In this document: one piece after another, positions 1-14,299 of the stretch | How the letters are laid out: the number at the start of each line of letters is the position of its first letter | Position numbering within the stretch: position 1 is the first letter of the stretch | NCBI RefSeq assembly: GCF_001194135.2 | Contig: NC_069001.1 | Location: 39,666,541-39,730,540 of the forward strand | Length of the DNA: 64,000 nt | Direction: 5' to 3' | Source of the DNA: Octopus bimaculoides | Lineage: Eukaryota | The notes under the pieces: model-generated | The model's input: only the letters and a program-made list of their open reading frames with translations | Told to the model about the DNA's origin: nothing | Databases searched by the model: none | Program-made: the position numbers and the translations under genes

Positions 1-160
1 TATAATTATATAAAATATATATATATTATATATAATTATATAAAATATATATATATTATATATAATTATATAAAATATATATATATTATATATAATTATA
101 TAAAATATATATATATTATATATAATTATATAAAATATATATATATTATATATAATTATA
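1..160. repeat. A/T-only 30-nt minisatellite (TATAATTATATAAAATATATATATATTATA), about 5 copies
   Basis: Exact tandem copies over 1-150 plus a partial copy; may extend upstream. Confidence 0.9.
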
Positions 161-764
161 TTATATATATATATATGCATATATATTTATGTATGTGTGT
201 ATGCTTGAATGATTATTATTATTGAACATCTGTTTGCCATGGTTTGGTTGGTTTGATTTGAGCTGGTGAACCAGAGATGTCTGCTGGATAGCCTTCATAA
301 TGCTAATGTCTGTGTATATATATGTTCATATATATATCAGGATGTATAAATATAGATCCTGTAAAACACTTGTTCAAATAAGGACTCTATACAGAATTAT
401 GTAGAGGGAATCTGTCTATTAAGGGCAGAAGGCTCCAACTGGGCCTTATCTGTTTCACGGGTCCCATTTAGCGTTAATCAACTTCTTTGGTTTGGGTTGG
501 TGGAGAGAAGGAAATTATAGAAGCTGATTAGAAGGACTGTCCCTGTAATTAAAAAGGTCAGCATTGTCACACAAGATGTCACACACTCGTTCATGTTGCC
601 AATTATATTCAGGACTACACATGTTTCTTGAATACTCAGACATTTGCAGGCTAATTCAAAAATTAGGAAGTTCTCATAAAACGAAAGACAAAGAACGGGA
701 ATATTTAGTGTTTAAACTAAGACAGAAGTCATGGACAAGCACACATTCCCTCCTCCATACATAG

Positions 765-802
<38 letters not shown>

Positions 803-1689
803 TAATAATAAATTCCTGGATAGAAAAACTTGCATACATATATTGATATATATGTGTGTGTATGTGTTTATGCATATTTATGTCTGTATATGGGTGTGTG
901 TGTGTGTGTCTGGAGACACTTTCTATTGTCTTGATTCTGTGATTGATTTAACCAAGAAGAGACATTTCTAAAACAGTTGTCATATCAACTGCAGGTCATC
1001 AGCTGAGCTGAAATGTCATCTTTGCAGCTCACTAAACAAGCTCTTATCCTCCTCATTATTGAGCTCCCTTTTATCATACTTATATACTTCTTACCCAGTT
1101 AAATAGAACTTTACCTATACATGTTTTCATATGTGTGTATGTGTACATAATGTGTTTGTTTATAAGTGTATATGTGCATATGTACTTCTGTGTATGTGCG
1201 TGTGTGCATGTATATATATATATAATGTATGTATATGTGTGTTTACATACACTTGGGTGTGTTTAACTCATGTCGGCATAGAAGACAGACATTAAATGAT
1301 GATTACGATGTGTTTGCATAAATATAAATTGGTCGTCATGTTCTTAGAACATAATTACTCATTATCTAATGTGCAGCCTGGCTTTATGGCTTTCACTCTG
1401 GAACAAACTGCTCTAACATTCAGGTATGGACATTGTATAACACACCTTTGTAATGGCCTTCAGTGGGTTGGCCATAAGATGGTCTGCCACAGACTGCATG
1501 ACCCTGGCTTAGCTGGGCTGTTAGGAAACTGACTGCATGATTTTTTTAACAAGTAAAAGTCATACAGTTTCATCAAAAAGGAAATATTGATTTTGACTTG
1601 AGTCCTACAAGGAGCTGTCTTGGAGCTGTTGCTGTTTGTGGTGGCTCTATCAGACATGCCCTCAGTTCTAATGATGAACACTCTCACTG

Positions 1690-2480
1690 TTGCTGATATA
1701 AAAGAATCTCAGGCAGTTAAGAATCCTGATGATGCTACATACCTACAACAAGACTTTAATGTTATCTAAAAGTGAGCTAATTACAATAACATTCAATTCA
1801 ACGCTGGGAAAATTTTAACCTGGCCACTTCCTGCCCACAACTAGTTTACATCAAACCTGGAAGGATTGCAGTCTCAATTGCAGCAGTCTGTGCATGACCT
1901 GGGAAGAAATATGGGTCACACTGCATCTTCCTATGTATACATTACAAAGATGCCAAAGGCTGGAGGGTTAGATCCTGAGGTCATCACGATGAGAAAGCAG
2001 GAAGTTATGCGGCTTTTGTGAAGGACATCTGTCCTGAGTCATCTCGACTGCTACCCACAACTTTGGTTCTCAACCAGGGTTAAACTAACAACAGATTTAG
2101 AAGCAATTCAATAAAGCTTCACTAAAAAATCACCACTTCAAAGCAACAGCAATAGAGCTAAAGCTCCACTCACTGGAGTGAAGATTGAAAGGATATGCAG
2201 TGATGTTTATATTTGGAAGATTCTTTGAAGGGCTAACTCCAAACTTTGATATCAAGAACTGATCACCACTGCATAGTCCTGCAAACCTCCCATTTAAAGT
2301 CAAGGCCATATATTGCTCCAGTTTATGTTTCAAAAACCCCACATTTTCAGTATCTGGCCAACAAAATTGAGAAATCTGTGGAGTGTGGGTGTAAATGTAT
2401 TCAAGAAATACCTGGATACTCTACCACCTGCAATCTGTGATTAACCAATACCTTGGCTAGAAACTCAGCACCAAACACCT
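1690..2480 (+). mobile_element. Degraded CR1-like LINE, 3' part of ORF2 (RT)
   Basis: Frameshifted translation gives NNIQFNAGK, SVHDLG, EVMRLL*RTSVLSHLDC..PQLW, DLEAIQ*SFTKK, LKLHSLE*R, EGLTPNFDI and VFKKYLDTLP, matching motifs I recognise from CR1-clade RT C-termini. Confidence 0.7.
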
Positions 2481-2637
2481 TCATTTATTCAAAGCACTTT
2501 AGAAACAGTAGCAGTGGCATAAGTGGGTGCTCCAGCATGGTTGCAGTCATTAGGATAGAACTAGAAAGAAAAATAGTTAAAAAGAATATACGAACATATG
2601 TAGGCATTTGTCTGTGTGTGCACGCGCATGCATGTGT

Positions 2638-2676
<39 letters not shown>

Positions 2677-2713
2677 GTCTTTTTCAAAGGCTTCCACCAT
2701 TTTTATATATATA

Positions 2714-3058
2714 NNNNNNNNNNNNNNNNNNNNNNNNNNNNNNNNNNNNNNNNNNNNNNNNNNNNNNNNNNNNNNNNNNNNNNNNNNNNNNNNNNNNNNN
2801 NNNNNNNNNNNNNNNNNNNNNNNNNNNNNNNNNNNNNNNNNNNNNNNNNNNNNNNNNNNNNNNNNNNNNNNNNNNNNNNNNNNNNNNNNNNNNNNNNNNN
2901 NNNNNNNNNNNNNNNNNNNNNNNNNNNNNNNNNNNNNNNNNNNNNNNNNNNNNNNNNNNNNNNNNNNNNNNNNNNNNNNNNNNNNNNNNNNNNNNNNNNN
3001 NNNNNNNNNNNNNNNNNNNNNNNNNNNNNNNNNNNNNNNNNNNNNNNNNNNNNNNNNN
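2714..3058. other. Assembly gap (N run); others at 4128-4248, 6598-6998, 25973-25982, 35934-35943, 55348-55511 and 60235-60328
   Basis: N runs, nearly all flanked by microsatellites or homopolymers, as in a short-read assembly. Confidence 0.99.
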
Positions 3059-4248
3059 TATATATATATATATATATATTATATTATATACACAATAGAA
3101 GTGTGAAAGATAATGTGTTTGTGCATATAACTGAACAGTGAGTGATGATACATAAATCTTTCCATCTGCTTTTCCTTGCTGGTAGCATTAGTTAGAAATA
3201 TTTGTGTGTGTGTGTGTGTGTGTGTTTATCCTTGCCTTGACATAAAATGATGGCAAATGAGTGACACCATCGTACAGGCTATGTTGTTTGTTTTTAGTCT
3301 TTCGTACCAAAACAAAACAAAAATAAACCTGTCTGGCCATTGGAAAGTATTACCTTACCTGGACACAGGAATGACATCTGATCATAGAAAATCTGCCTCA
3401 GCAAAATTCTCTCTGACCTGTGCAAACATGGAAATGTGTATGTTAAATGGTCACACGCACACATTTGTATATTTATGTATATACATGTCTGTATATGTGC
3501 ATATATGTAATATCTAATATATAGTCTGTGCGTGTGTATAGTCTGACGGATTTTGTATAATTGTAGATGTCTCAGTATTTCTGCAGCATTGACTGTGTGT
3601 CTGTGTCTCTACTTTGCCAGTGACATAGCTGTGGGTTAGTCTGTTGAGAAAGCTAATTAGCACTATACATGCTTATGTGTATGAATGATAATGTTTATGT
3701 ATTTATACTATATATATATGTATATACATGTATTTATACACACACACATTTAAATGCATGTAAATATTTGTAAATGAATGTTGAGGAAAAAATGCTTATT
3801 TGGTTAAAGATGCTTCAGAGAAGTATGGAGTTGTTAAGCAGTACAATGGTCTTGTTGAGTAAATTGTAAACCTAATATATATATATATGTATGTATATAT
3901 ATAATTTATGTACATATATATATGTATGTGTGGGTGGCTCTGATTTAACGGAGTTATAATCACTGACATTCCAACTGCGATTCTTAAGTTTATATTTGTA
4001 GATAAGGAAGTATTTAATGTCATTCTTCCTTGTTTCAGACAGTAAAGAGGTGTTTAAGAAGGATTTGGTTCCTGCCTTTTGTGGGTTGAGTGAATAATTG
4101 GAGATAGTCACATTTTGTTGACTTTGTNNNNNNNNNNNNNNNNNNNNNNNNNNNNNNNNNNNNNNNNNNNNNNNNNNNNNNNNNNNNNNNNNNNNNNNNN
4201 NNNNNNNNNNNNNNNNNNNNNNNNNNNNNNNNNNNNNNNNNNNNNNNN

Positions 4249-4281
<33 letters not shown>

Positions 4282-5339
4282 CTGACTAATAGACTATGGG
4301 AAATTTCTATTGGACAGTTTTTAGACCAAGGGTTGGGTCTAACCATTATGCTTGTTATATGTAGGGTAAACAATGGAGAAATTACACAGGACTCTAGTTA
4401 GACCATAAAAGACATACATAAGACAGTAATCAGCCCCTGGGGAGAGTCTAAGAACAGTAATCCAAACCTGAAAGGGTATAATTTGTCAATAGGGAAGGTT
4501 TAGATAAGAATAGTTTGACTATGGGGGAAGGTCTTTAATATACAATAAGTGATAAAGGTTTTAACATTGATGCTGTTTATGTTTGTGGCTGTAGGTATTG
4601 TCATTTGTTGAAGGGGTTTCACTTGATAACAATTGGGTTTCAGGTTCAATCCCACCATCTGGCACCTTGGCAAATTGTCTTTTGGTTTTGTGAAAGTATG
4701 TCCACCCACACTCTGGTGTCTGTGCCTATTGAGCTTGTTGTGATATTTCTATCTCTGTCTCTCACTACAAGAATATTCTTATTTGTTCAGAAATCTATTT
4801 GACTTTTGTTGAGAATGAAGAAGTTAGTTTATTTCTGTTATATGTAACAATATGATAAATACAATCTGAACACAACAGTATCAAATGCAATCGTTATTTT
4901 ATTCTATAAACTCAACTGTTCACCATATTTAATATAAGCCTCTGTATTGTCCTTGAGTAGACCTCATTGAAATAGCAGCCAAATGTTTTTGAAATTACAC
5001 CATTACAGCTTAGATTAGAATATTAGATTATTTGGTCACAATTGGAAAGCTTTTGATCATGGGTTTGTTTGGTCAAGCTGGACCTAAGGTTAAACAACAA
5101 GTTATTCATTATTTATATTTTAATCTTCATCATTTTCCTTCTTCCATTTCTTTGCTAAACAAATTATTTATTATTCACAAATCACAGTTGACCCTTTTTA
5201 TATTGCACTCAATAATGGGTGCTAATGACAAAGCAAAGGTAATACAAAATGTTTTTTATCAAATGATAGGAAATTAGAATTTTGATTTTGTCTTGCTGGA
5301 AAGAGTTGACTTCTCCTCTAATCTGCTCTTTTCTTCTTA

Positions 5340-5929
5340 ATGATGTGGACGATGATGATGATGACAATCATCATAATGATATTCGATACACTTATCACTA
5401 ATGAGGATGATGATGATGATGATGATGATGAGCAGATAACATGGCTAGCAATACTGATGGAGAATGCTAGTCACTTATTTGGTAATATCTAAATGATATG
5501 TAATGCTACTTTCAGTGAGTATGTGTTGCATATTAATGTGATGATGATGATGGTGCAACCACTTGTGTTGCCGGGTGTTTTGTATGTATATATATGTATG
5601 TATATATTGAATTATACTCTTATGACGATGATAATATTACAGAGGATTGTAATTAATCATCATAACGGTAGATTCATTTCTCATCCATATTGAAATGATA
5701 TCCACTGTTGCTTACAGTAAATGTTCATTACATATTAATGTGAAACATTGTGTGATGGCGACGATGACGGTGACAACAATGATGGTGATGGTGATAGCTT
5801 CGACTGGCCGCTGCTTGCAGCACATGACAGCTTTCTGATGTGAAACAAAATGTCAGGAGTAAAACTACACACTCGCCAGTTTTCACATCAGAAATTTTCA
5901 TTTAGTATTGCTAGTTTATTGTCTATGCC

Positions 5930-5961
<32 letters not shown>

Positions 5962-6055
5962 CACCACCACCACTGCTGCTGTTGTTGTTGTTACTACCGA
6001 TGCTACTGCTGTTACTGCTGCTGCTGCTATGTCAGCAGCTGATGCTATGACTGCT
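5340..6055. repeat. Compound trinucleotide microsatellite region (GAT, CTA, CCA, CTG, TTG)n
   Basis: Directly visible; produces the poly-Leu/Pro ORF 5850..6050. Confidence 0.85.
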
Positions 6056-6542
6056 ACAAAAACTAATCATTATCATATATGATAATGGTTTTCATTTTCA
6101 CTTGTGGCTGATTGAATCCAGATGGTGTAGTTGTATCAACGTAATTAGACATAGATTGAAAGATTTTAATTAAAAGGTATGATAATTAAGGGGAGAGAGA
6201 GAGAAAAAGGGGGAATTCTTGCTAAGAAAAGGTGTGAAGTTTCGTGTCGAATCCTCTATGACACTGTCATGGTGGTGGTGTTTAGCCCTGAGTCCTCATT
6301 TGGCTGGCATTTGATCGAATAAATTCCAGCTTGTGACCATCTTGTCTTTTACTGACAAAATAACGAGTCTTGAGGAAATAGTGAGCTGAGATATGAGGGA
6401 TATTTGGTTATTATGTCTAGGAGGTCTTGTGACAAGGAATTAATTGTATCAAATCACTGACAGAAAATGATCTGTGCGTTTCTGTTTCTGTGTATGTGTG
6501 TGTGATCATCATTTAACGTCCGTTTTCCATACTGTCATGGGT

Positions 6543-6597
<55 letters not shown>

Positions 6598-6999
6598 NNN
6601 NNNNNNNNNNNNNNNNNNNNNNNNNNNNNNNNNNNNNNNNNNNNNNNNNNNNNNNNNNNNNNNNNNNNNNNNNNNNNNNNNNNNNNNNNNNNNNNNNNNN
6701 NNNNNNNNNNNNNNNNNNNNNNNNNNNNNNNNNNNNNNNNNNNNNNNNNNNNNNNNNNNNNNNNNNNNNNNNNNNNNNNNNNNNNNNNNNNNNNNNNNNN
6801 NNNNNNNNNNNNNNNNNNNNNNNNNNNNNNNNNNNNNNNNNNNNNNNNNNNNNNNNNNNNNNNNNNNNNNNNNNNNNNNNNNNNNNNNNNNNNNNNNNNN
6901 NNNNNNNNNNNNNNNNNNNNNNNNNNNNNNNNNNNNNNNNNNNNNNNNNNNNNNNNNNNNNNNNNNNNNNNNNNNNNNNNNNNNNNNNNNNNNNNNNNN

Positions 7000-7034
<35 letters not shown>

Positions 7035-7493
7035 CATACATGCATATATACATACATATATATGTGTGTGTATATACACATGCAGACATGCACACAACAA
7101 AACAGGTCCTACAAGAGGGTCCTACACATAACTTGGCTCTTCCCCCCCAGGACTGTCAAGCTTTTCCTCAACTTCCTATCTCCCATCCCACCATCACTCT
7201 TCTAACTACTGCCCTATTCTGTTGTAATCTTATGTGAAGAAACTCTATATTTTCTCCCTTTTTGTACTCCCTGGAATCACTTTCTTTGATGTCCATCCCT
7301 AATTCCTAATCTTGTCCCTTCCTACTCATCATCCCTTCTGAGTCATGATCTTTCCTCTTCTGCTAAGCTATATCTTAAAACTACCATATTTCATTCTTAA
7401 GACTCTCTCATATCTGCCATTGACTACCCTACACCTTTGTTTGCCACTTGCTATATCCACCTCTAACCTCCAAATCTGTCATTATGTGCCCCC

Positions 7494-7546
<53 letters not shown>

Positions 7547-7784
7547 CACAGTTCTCATTTACTCACCTCCACCCACCCCCATCCATTACCACCCTATCTC
7601 ACATCTGTCTCCCTTTTAAATATTATTCTGCTTTCAGTGTTTTGTTATATTCTCACTTATCAGCTCACCCAGTTCTATTTTTTTCCTTCTACCCAAGTCT
7701 CTACCCTTATTCACTACATTCACCCCTAACCCCGACCTGTCATTTCTCCTTTCACACACTTGACAACTTATGCATCCACCCTTC

Positions 7785-9035
7785 CTGATCTTCTGTCCCT
7801 GTTCTCTCTTTGAGGATCAGCCCTGACACCTCAACACCATCATCCCAGTGTGTTTGGCTGTGGTCAGTCTGTCCACTAAATGCTTGGAAGGATCTCCTGC
7901 AGGTCAGACATGGGTGGTCTGATGGTGAGGAGTTGGCTCTGGACTTGTGCACTTTGCATTTTCCTTGCAATTTTGTTTTGTTTGTGGGAGGTGGCATCTC
8001 TGTCTGTGTGGCTTTACCAGGCAGGGTGGTCTTGCACTTGCCTTTCCCAAGTGTTGGACAGTTGATCTCAAAGCTCTTCAGTGAGGCTTTGAGTATGTCC
8101 TTGAAGTGCTTTTTCTGTCCACCTTATGTGTGCTTGTATTTAGCCAATTCACTGTAAAACAGTGGGGTGGTCAGTCATGTGTCAGGCTTCAAACAAGGTG
8201 ACCTCCCTACCTGACTTACACTCTCCTCAGCAGTGTGTAAATGCTTGGCAGATCAGCTTGAGAGAGGACCTCTCTCTCAGAGACCCTCTCATGCCAGGTG
8301 ATTTACAACAGCTTTCTCAGAGAGTTCATATGGAAGCAGTTTGGTGTGGCGTTCGTAAACCATCAAAGTCTCATGGGCATACAATAGTGTAGGCAATACA
8401 ACTGCTTGGTGGTCAGCTTCAACTGGGTGGTCAGCTTAATGCTTCTTCTTTCCCATACTAATTCATGTAGCCACTTGAATGCTGAGCTTCCTTTGGTGCC
8501 AAGGTACATGAACTTATCCACAACCTTCAGAGTTTCTCCTTCGACAATGATTGTTGGTTTCCCACATGACTTCTGTCCTGCAGATTGTTATATGACCCCT
8601 GTCTTCTGAGTACTGATTGTGGGGCTAAAATTATTGCAGCCAGTGAAAAGACAGTTCACGCTCTGCTGCATCTGAGTGTGCAGTCACCTGTGAGTGGGAA
8701 GTCGCGCACTGAATTCCCTTCCACTTTGGTCTTGGTCTGAAGCCTCTACTGGCTGAAGACTCTGCCATCAGACTTGAATCCGATATTGATGTTTGTTTCA
8801 TCGTCATTGCAGAAGATATCTGACAGCATGGTTGAGAACATCATGCTGAATAGTGTCGGTGTGAGTTCACAGCCCTGCTTAATTCCATTAAAGACAGGGA
8901 ATGTGTCAGAAGAATCTCCACTTGAGTGAACATGCCATCATGGACCTGTTGTACCATGCTGGTGAATTTGGGACAGCCAAACTTTCTTATGACCTTCCAA
9001 AGCTCCTTATGACTGACAGTCTCTAGGCATTTAAG
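7785..9035 (-). mobile_element. Degraded RTE-type LINE fragment (RT plus C-terminal C2H2-like region)
   Basis: Minus-strand pieces: LWKVIRKFGCP, DTFPVFNGIKQGCELTPTLFSMMFS, TISTQKTGV, VVDKFMYLG and terminal CLTCRRSF....DHSQTH. Multiple frameshifts. Confidence 0.8.
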
Positions 9036-9112
9036 TATATACATATAAGTAGAGGGGTTACCACTGGTAGTTATATCACACATGTATCATACATACAGAT
9101 ATCTAGGCATTC

Positions 9113-9163
<51 letters not shown>

Positions 9164-9899
9164 CATACATACAAGGTGCAATGGGTAAATTCACCACATA
9201 TATATATGTGTGTGGAGGCGCAATGGTCATGATCCAATGATAGGAGCAAAAGAATATGAATAGAAACGATAAGGCAATCTTTGAGTGTTGTGTCCATGAA
9301 GGAATTAGAAAGTGAGGAGAGTGATCGAGAAGGGAAGTAATTACACATATTACCAATCATTGCTCTCAACAAGGAAACCTATTATTTCAACAAATTGGTT
9401 AAGACTATTAAATGGAAGAAGACTAGCTGTGACTTTCTTCATACTATTTGGTTAATTAATCTGTGACATTTATGAAAATTATGCCAGGCAGTTGAAATCA
9501 TATGCCATAATAAACAGCTGGTGCCTTTCAATTATTTAATAAACTGTGACTTTTTTACTGTGTCTCACTCCATTCCTCTCTTTCTTTAGAATTACTCTTC
9601 ACTGAATTCTTGCAGACTTTTACTTGTTTCAATTATTGAACTGTGGCCAAGCTGGATTATAGCCTTCGACATATCGGTCAATTTATCATAGATATTATTT
9701 TATTTCAGTCTGATACTTATTTTCTCATTCTCTATTTGTTGATCTACTGAGTTATGGGACACAAAAGATTGTAGCATAAACAACACTGGTGTAAACATAA
9801 ACATATTTGCACAAATATAGCTTGCATGGTCAATGTCTACTGGTGTTTTTTACTATAATTGCATGTTGGTCAATGCATGGTCAGTGGATTGGTGGAGAG

Positions 9900-9946
<47 letters not shown>

Positions 9947-12900
9947 CTCTTGTCTTGATATTTTTCCTGCTGTTTGAAACACACTGTGTTTATACAAATG
10001 GTAACATTTCTTTACAGTCTTCCATCAGAATATGTCCAGTCATTGATATTACACTTGGGAGTAATATCTGTTTGGAAACTGATGATTGTTTGTGACAGGA
10101 AGAGCACTTGGCTGTTGAAGGACATACCTTAACCAGATCCAATCAATTTTGATTGGTCATGGGGCTGTTGTAGGAGACACTTGTCCAAGGTGCAACATAG
10201 TGGGACTGAACCCCAAATCATGTGGTTGGGAAGCAAACTTCTTAATCACACAGCTACACCTGCACTTTATCTGTGTATGTATGTATGTGTGTGTACTTGT
10301 ATAAAATCTATGCATAATACTTGACAGTAACTTGGTTTGTTCATTATTTAATTTCAAATTATTCCGTTTAGATATTGTCACAAACCTGTGTTGTTTCTTT
10401 CCTCAATTGTCTCAAATCCTTTCTATTTTTCTAAACTTTGAAAATGATTATCAAAACACAGATTGCCGTTTTATACAAATTCTTTCATTTCTCTTGTATT
10501 TGTCTTTGTTATTTCTACCAATTTTCTTCTCAAATGCAAAATTATTTTGACATAACAAATTCTCCTACCTCTGCTCTGCATGTTTGTTGTTGTTTGTTCT
10601 TTTTATATTTTATTCTCTCAGCTTGTGTTTATAACGTAATATTACAAATATTTCCAAGTGGAGTACCAGGTTCAAATGACTTGGATTAATTTATCATAGC
10701 TCCAGTTACTTGAGTCTTTACCTGAACCAGTACGTTGTGTGTATGTGTGTGTATATATATATAGTTATATCTGCACACACTCGCATGCATGTATGTAGAA
10801 GGTGAGACACTTCTTGTGTTCGGTCTCTTTTGGATTACTGTCAATGAAGTGTCAAAAACACACCATTTCCACTTTTCAATTTTGGATTACCTTCATTAAA
10901 GTCTTCAAGATAAGTAACATATTTATTTATTTACATATTATTATTATTATTGTTGTTGTTGTTGTTGTTGTTGTTATTCATATCACAGACAGATCTTATG
11001 TTGTTTTTACATTTCAAAGAACAGTTCATAACCATTGACAAAAGGTCTTTTAGGATTCTTTCTTCATTTCAAACTGTGACCCCATTCCTTAGGCTCCTTA
11101 CACTTTATAACAATTTCCTTTGTTTTCTGCTTGTATTCCAATCCCAGACTTCTTTAAACCTTAATTTCATTTTCTCCTTTATTTTACCCACAATCCCTCA
11201 CACCATTTTGCCTTCCTTTATATTCCTAAAACCAGCAACTTCTCTTTTCAGCTTTTGCTCTTTTCATCTTCTTCCTTCTCGCACAAACTCTTTTTTTCCA
11301 CAAATACAACACTTTATTCTGTTCTAGCTTTCCCTTTTTTTCCTTTTTTTTTGAAAATAAGTGTCTGCTCTCCTACCCCAATCACTTGATTGCATTGGAT
11401 ATTATTATTATTATTTTTTTTTTTTTGTCGTTTATTTATTGTTTATTTCATTATATGTAAACCCTCACACTTTGTGTCTGTCTTTCTAAAATGCCCCACA
11501 TCCTTCACTCCACTGGCAAATGAAAGAAATCATCATCATCATCACCATTTTTATTATTATTATTATTATTATTAAGGCTTCAAACTGGTAGAATAGTTAA
11601 CATGCCGGGCAAAATTCTTGGTGAGATAGAAAAACTAGCTTCTGTAGAACCATATATGTTCTCGTACTTTTTAGCATGAATTTCTTGCACCAAATTTGGA
11701 GACCTAAGACAACCTGAATCATCAACGCTTTAACAAGTGTGTTCCAATCATTTAAGAACCGTAATTCTCAACTATCTGACAATTCCAGGCTTCCATAAAC
11801 TGGCCTGTACATCTCCCAGAATCATCATCATCATCATCACCATCATCAGTTCTCTTATTATGTACCAATAATGCCAATAACTCTGGTTTTAATTTACAAA
11901 TGGATGTCCAGGAACAGAAAGGGAAAAGGAAATCATTGAGGATTTTAGTAATGTATATTAATAGAAAACAATAGTAGAGATTGAATCCCATGGTCCCAGG
12001 GTGGCTGTGTATTGCTTGGTTATGAATCCCTGCTCTTGAACGTTGCCAAGGCAACTGAAATGTTAATGTGACAGGCTATCACTGTTATGATAGGAAATCA
12101 ACCTTAGTTTGCTTCTGTTCCAGATTTCAACTTATTGATTTCGTTAGATTATCTGATTATTGTTCATGCAGCTACTAGTGTATAATAATACCTCATATTA
12201 ATACTATACACTGAACAAGACAATGATGAAATCAATCAGCCTGCTAGAAATAGCAGCTAAATCTCCCTCAGACCCACCATCTTAAAAAGGGACATGTTGA
12301 ATAATATAGTCCTGGGTCTCCTGCATATAGATGGAATGGTCATGGTTGGAATATCTTTTAATTATAGCTGATCTGCTTAACCAAGGTTGACCTGGGACTA
12401 AAACAACAGCCATTAAACTGACTGAAGCAGTTTTCAAACAAACCATTTACAGCAGATAACATTTCAATTTATTTATTAAAAACAAATTACTTGATTAAAT
12501 TACATCGTTACAGTCTCAATTTCAGTCTCACATTTTATTTAATTCTACCATAACTAACTCACTGTTTCCACTGCTGCTACTACTACTACCACATTTCTAC
12601 TACTACTACTGCTGCTACTACTACTACTTCTAGTTTTGCCAATCAATAGAATCTACATTACACATCGTTCATACAGTTAGAAATGTATGAAGTGCTTTCC
12701 ATACCACATTCTACTTGTCTAACTCCCATCCTCTCACTCTGTGTCAATAGATTCAGAAGCCTCGGAATAATTGTGTGCAGCAGGCTCTCACTTCTACACT
12801 CTTTCCTTTCGATAGTCAATCTTCTGCCTCCAGCGAAACTATTAAGCATACATTGATCACTGTTCATTGATCATTGATAGATATTTACACATTACATAGT

Positions 12901-13257
12901 TTTCGTTCTCTCTAAATCTCATTTGAACTATTACAATATAGAGAGCTGATTCTAATAAACATTTGATGACACCGATTCACTCTGCAACTGTTCTTGTAAT
13001 ATTACAAAATGTAAAATAAGAAATTCAGAATTTTCAAATACTTTTTTCTAAACTATTGGAACAGGGGCTACACTTTTTTTTTTAATTTCAAACTCTCATA
13101 TTTGATATCTCCATCAAAACACATTAAAACAAACAGGATTTCATGTTTGCATGTATGTGGTGTGTGTATAATGGACATCCTATTCTATCCAGCTTTGATG
13201 CTAGGTGAGCTGAAGATTTGTTGACTCATAATATATCTAAAGCAGCTACAATTAAAA

Positions 13258-13308
<51 letters not shown>

Positions 13309-14299
13309 TAACTATATATATGTGGCTACATATGGACATCTATATATTTATGACTGTATTTTCATGTACACATATACATATCCTCATATCTATACATATA
13401 TTGACATGCGTATATATATATAGCTCTATATGTGTATATCCATGTAAATATATATAGTTACGCATAACCATATCTAAACAAATTCCATGTCAAACGTTTC
13501 CATTTTATTTGTCTGTTGTTGATCCACAGCTGGAGGGAACTTCAATGTAACTTTGTTCTCTTCTGTTGGTTGTAGACTTTTGGCCTGTCCACACTGGTCA
13601 GTTTGGTGAGGGATTGGATGGACAGGTGGGTGTCCCTGTGATCATCAGGGCCACAGCTGCAACAGATATCATAAGACAGTCTATTTGATGCTCTGGCAAG
13701 TCTGTCAATTCACTGCATACACACACACACACATACAGATCCATTTAGAGATTGTCGTTTTCATATTCAAAAAAATATAAATTAATTTGTTTTGTTATTT
13801 TATTCAACATCCAATTAAATGTGAAATTCTTTATTTTCCTCATTACCATCACTAAAATATCTAATTACCAAATGGTCGTCGTTTTGCTCTTGACTAATTT
13901 CCTAAACTGGCACCAAACAATGTTTCCTTTGCAAGTTCTTCCTTACAATCTCTCAACTATTGAGATAATATCAATAACTCAATTCCTGTGTAATAATTAG
14001 CTCCAGTCTATAGTGATGGCCACTACCAATGGACTATGACCCTCACTGAGTTGCAGGGCTGTATTCCTGAATATCTTGTATAATAAGGTGTAGGAATAAG
14101 AGCCACAACACAACATATTCTGAAAAATATAGTTTTCCAACAAAGCAATTTAATATTAATTCTATTTGTTTAAATATTGAAGAAAAAGAGTTGGGATGTA
14201 GAATTTTATTGATTTTCCCAAAATGTCCTGATGATGAATATAAAAAAAACAGGATGGTGGAATTATATTAGACCTGTGGTGACTGTGATCTGGACATGG

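Noticed and set aside
5850-6050. ORF resembling a signal peptide or TM segment (poly-Leu/poly-Pro)
   Set aside because: Fully explained by compound CTA/CCA/CTG/TTG trinucleotide repeats.
2453-7237. Long ORFs containing YIYIYI/VCVCVC/THTH and X runs (also at about 44155-44440 and 55238-55645)
   Set aside because: Artefacts of dinucleotide microsatellites and N gaps, which contain no stop codons.
12658-12867. Minus-strand 69-aa ORF as a nested gene
   Set aside because: No splice context or recognisable domain; most likely a decayed retroelement remnant.
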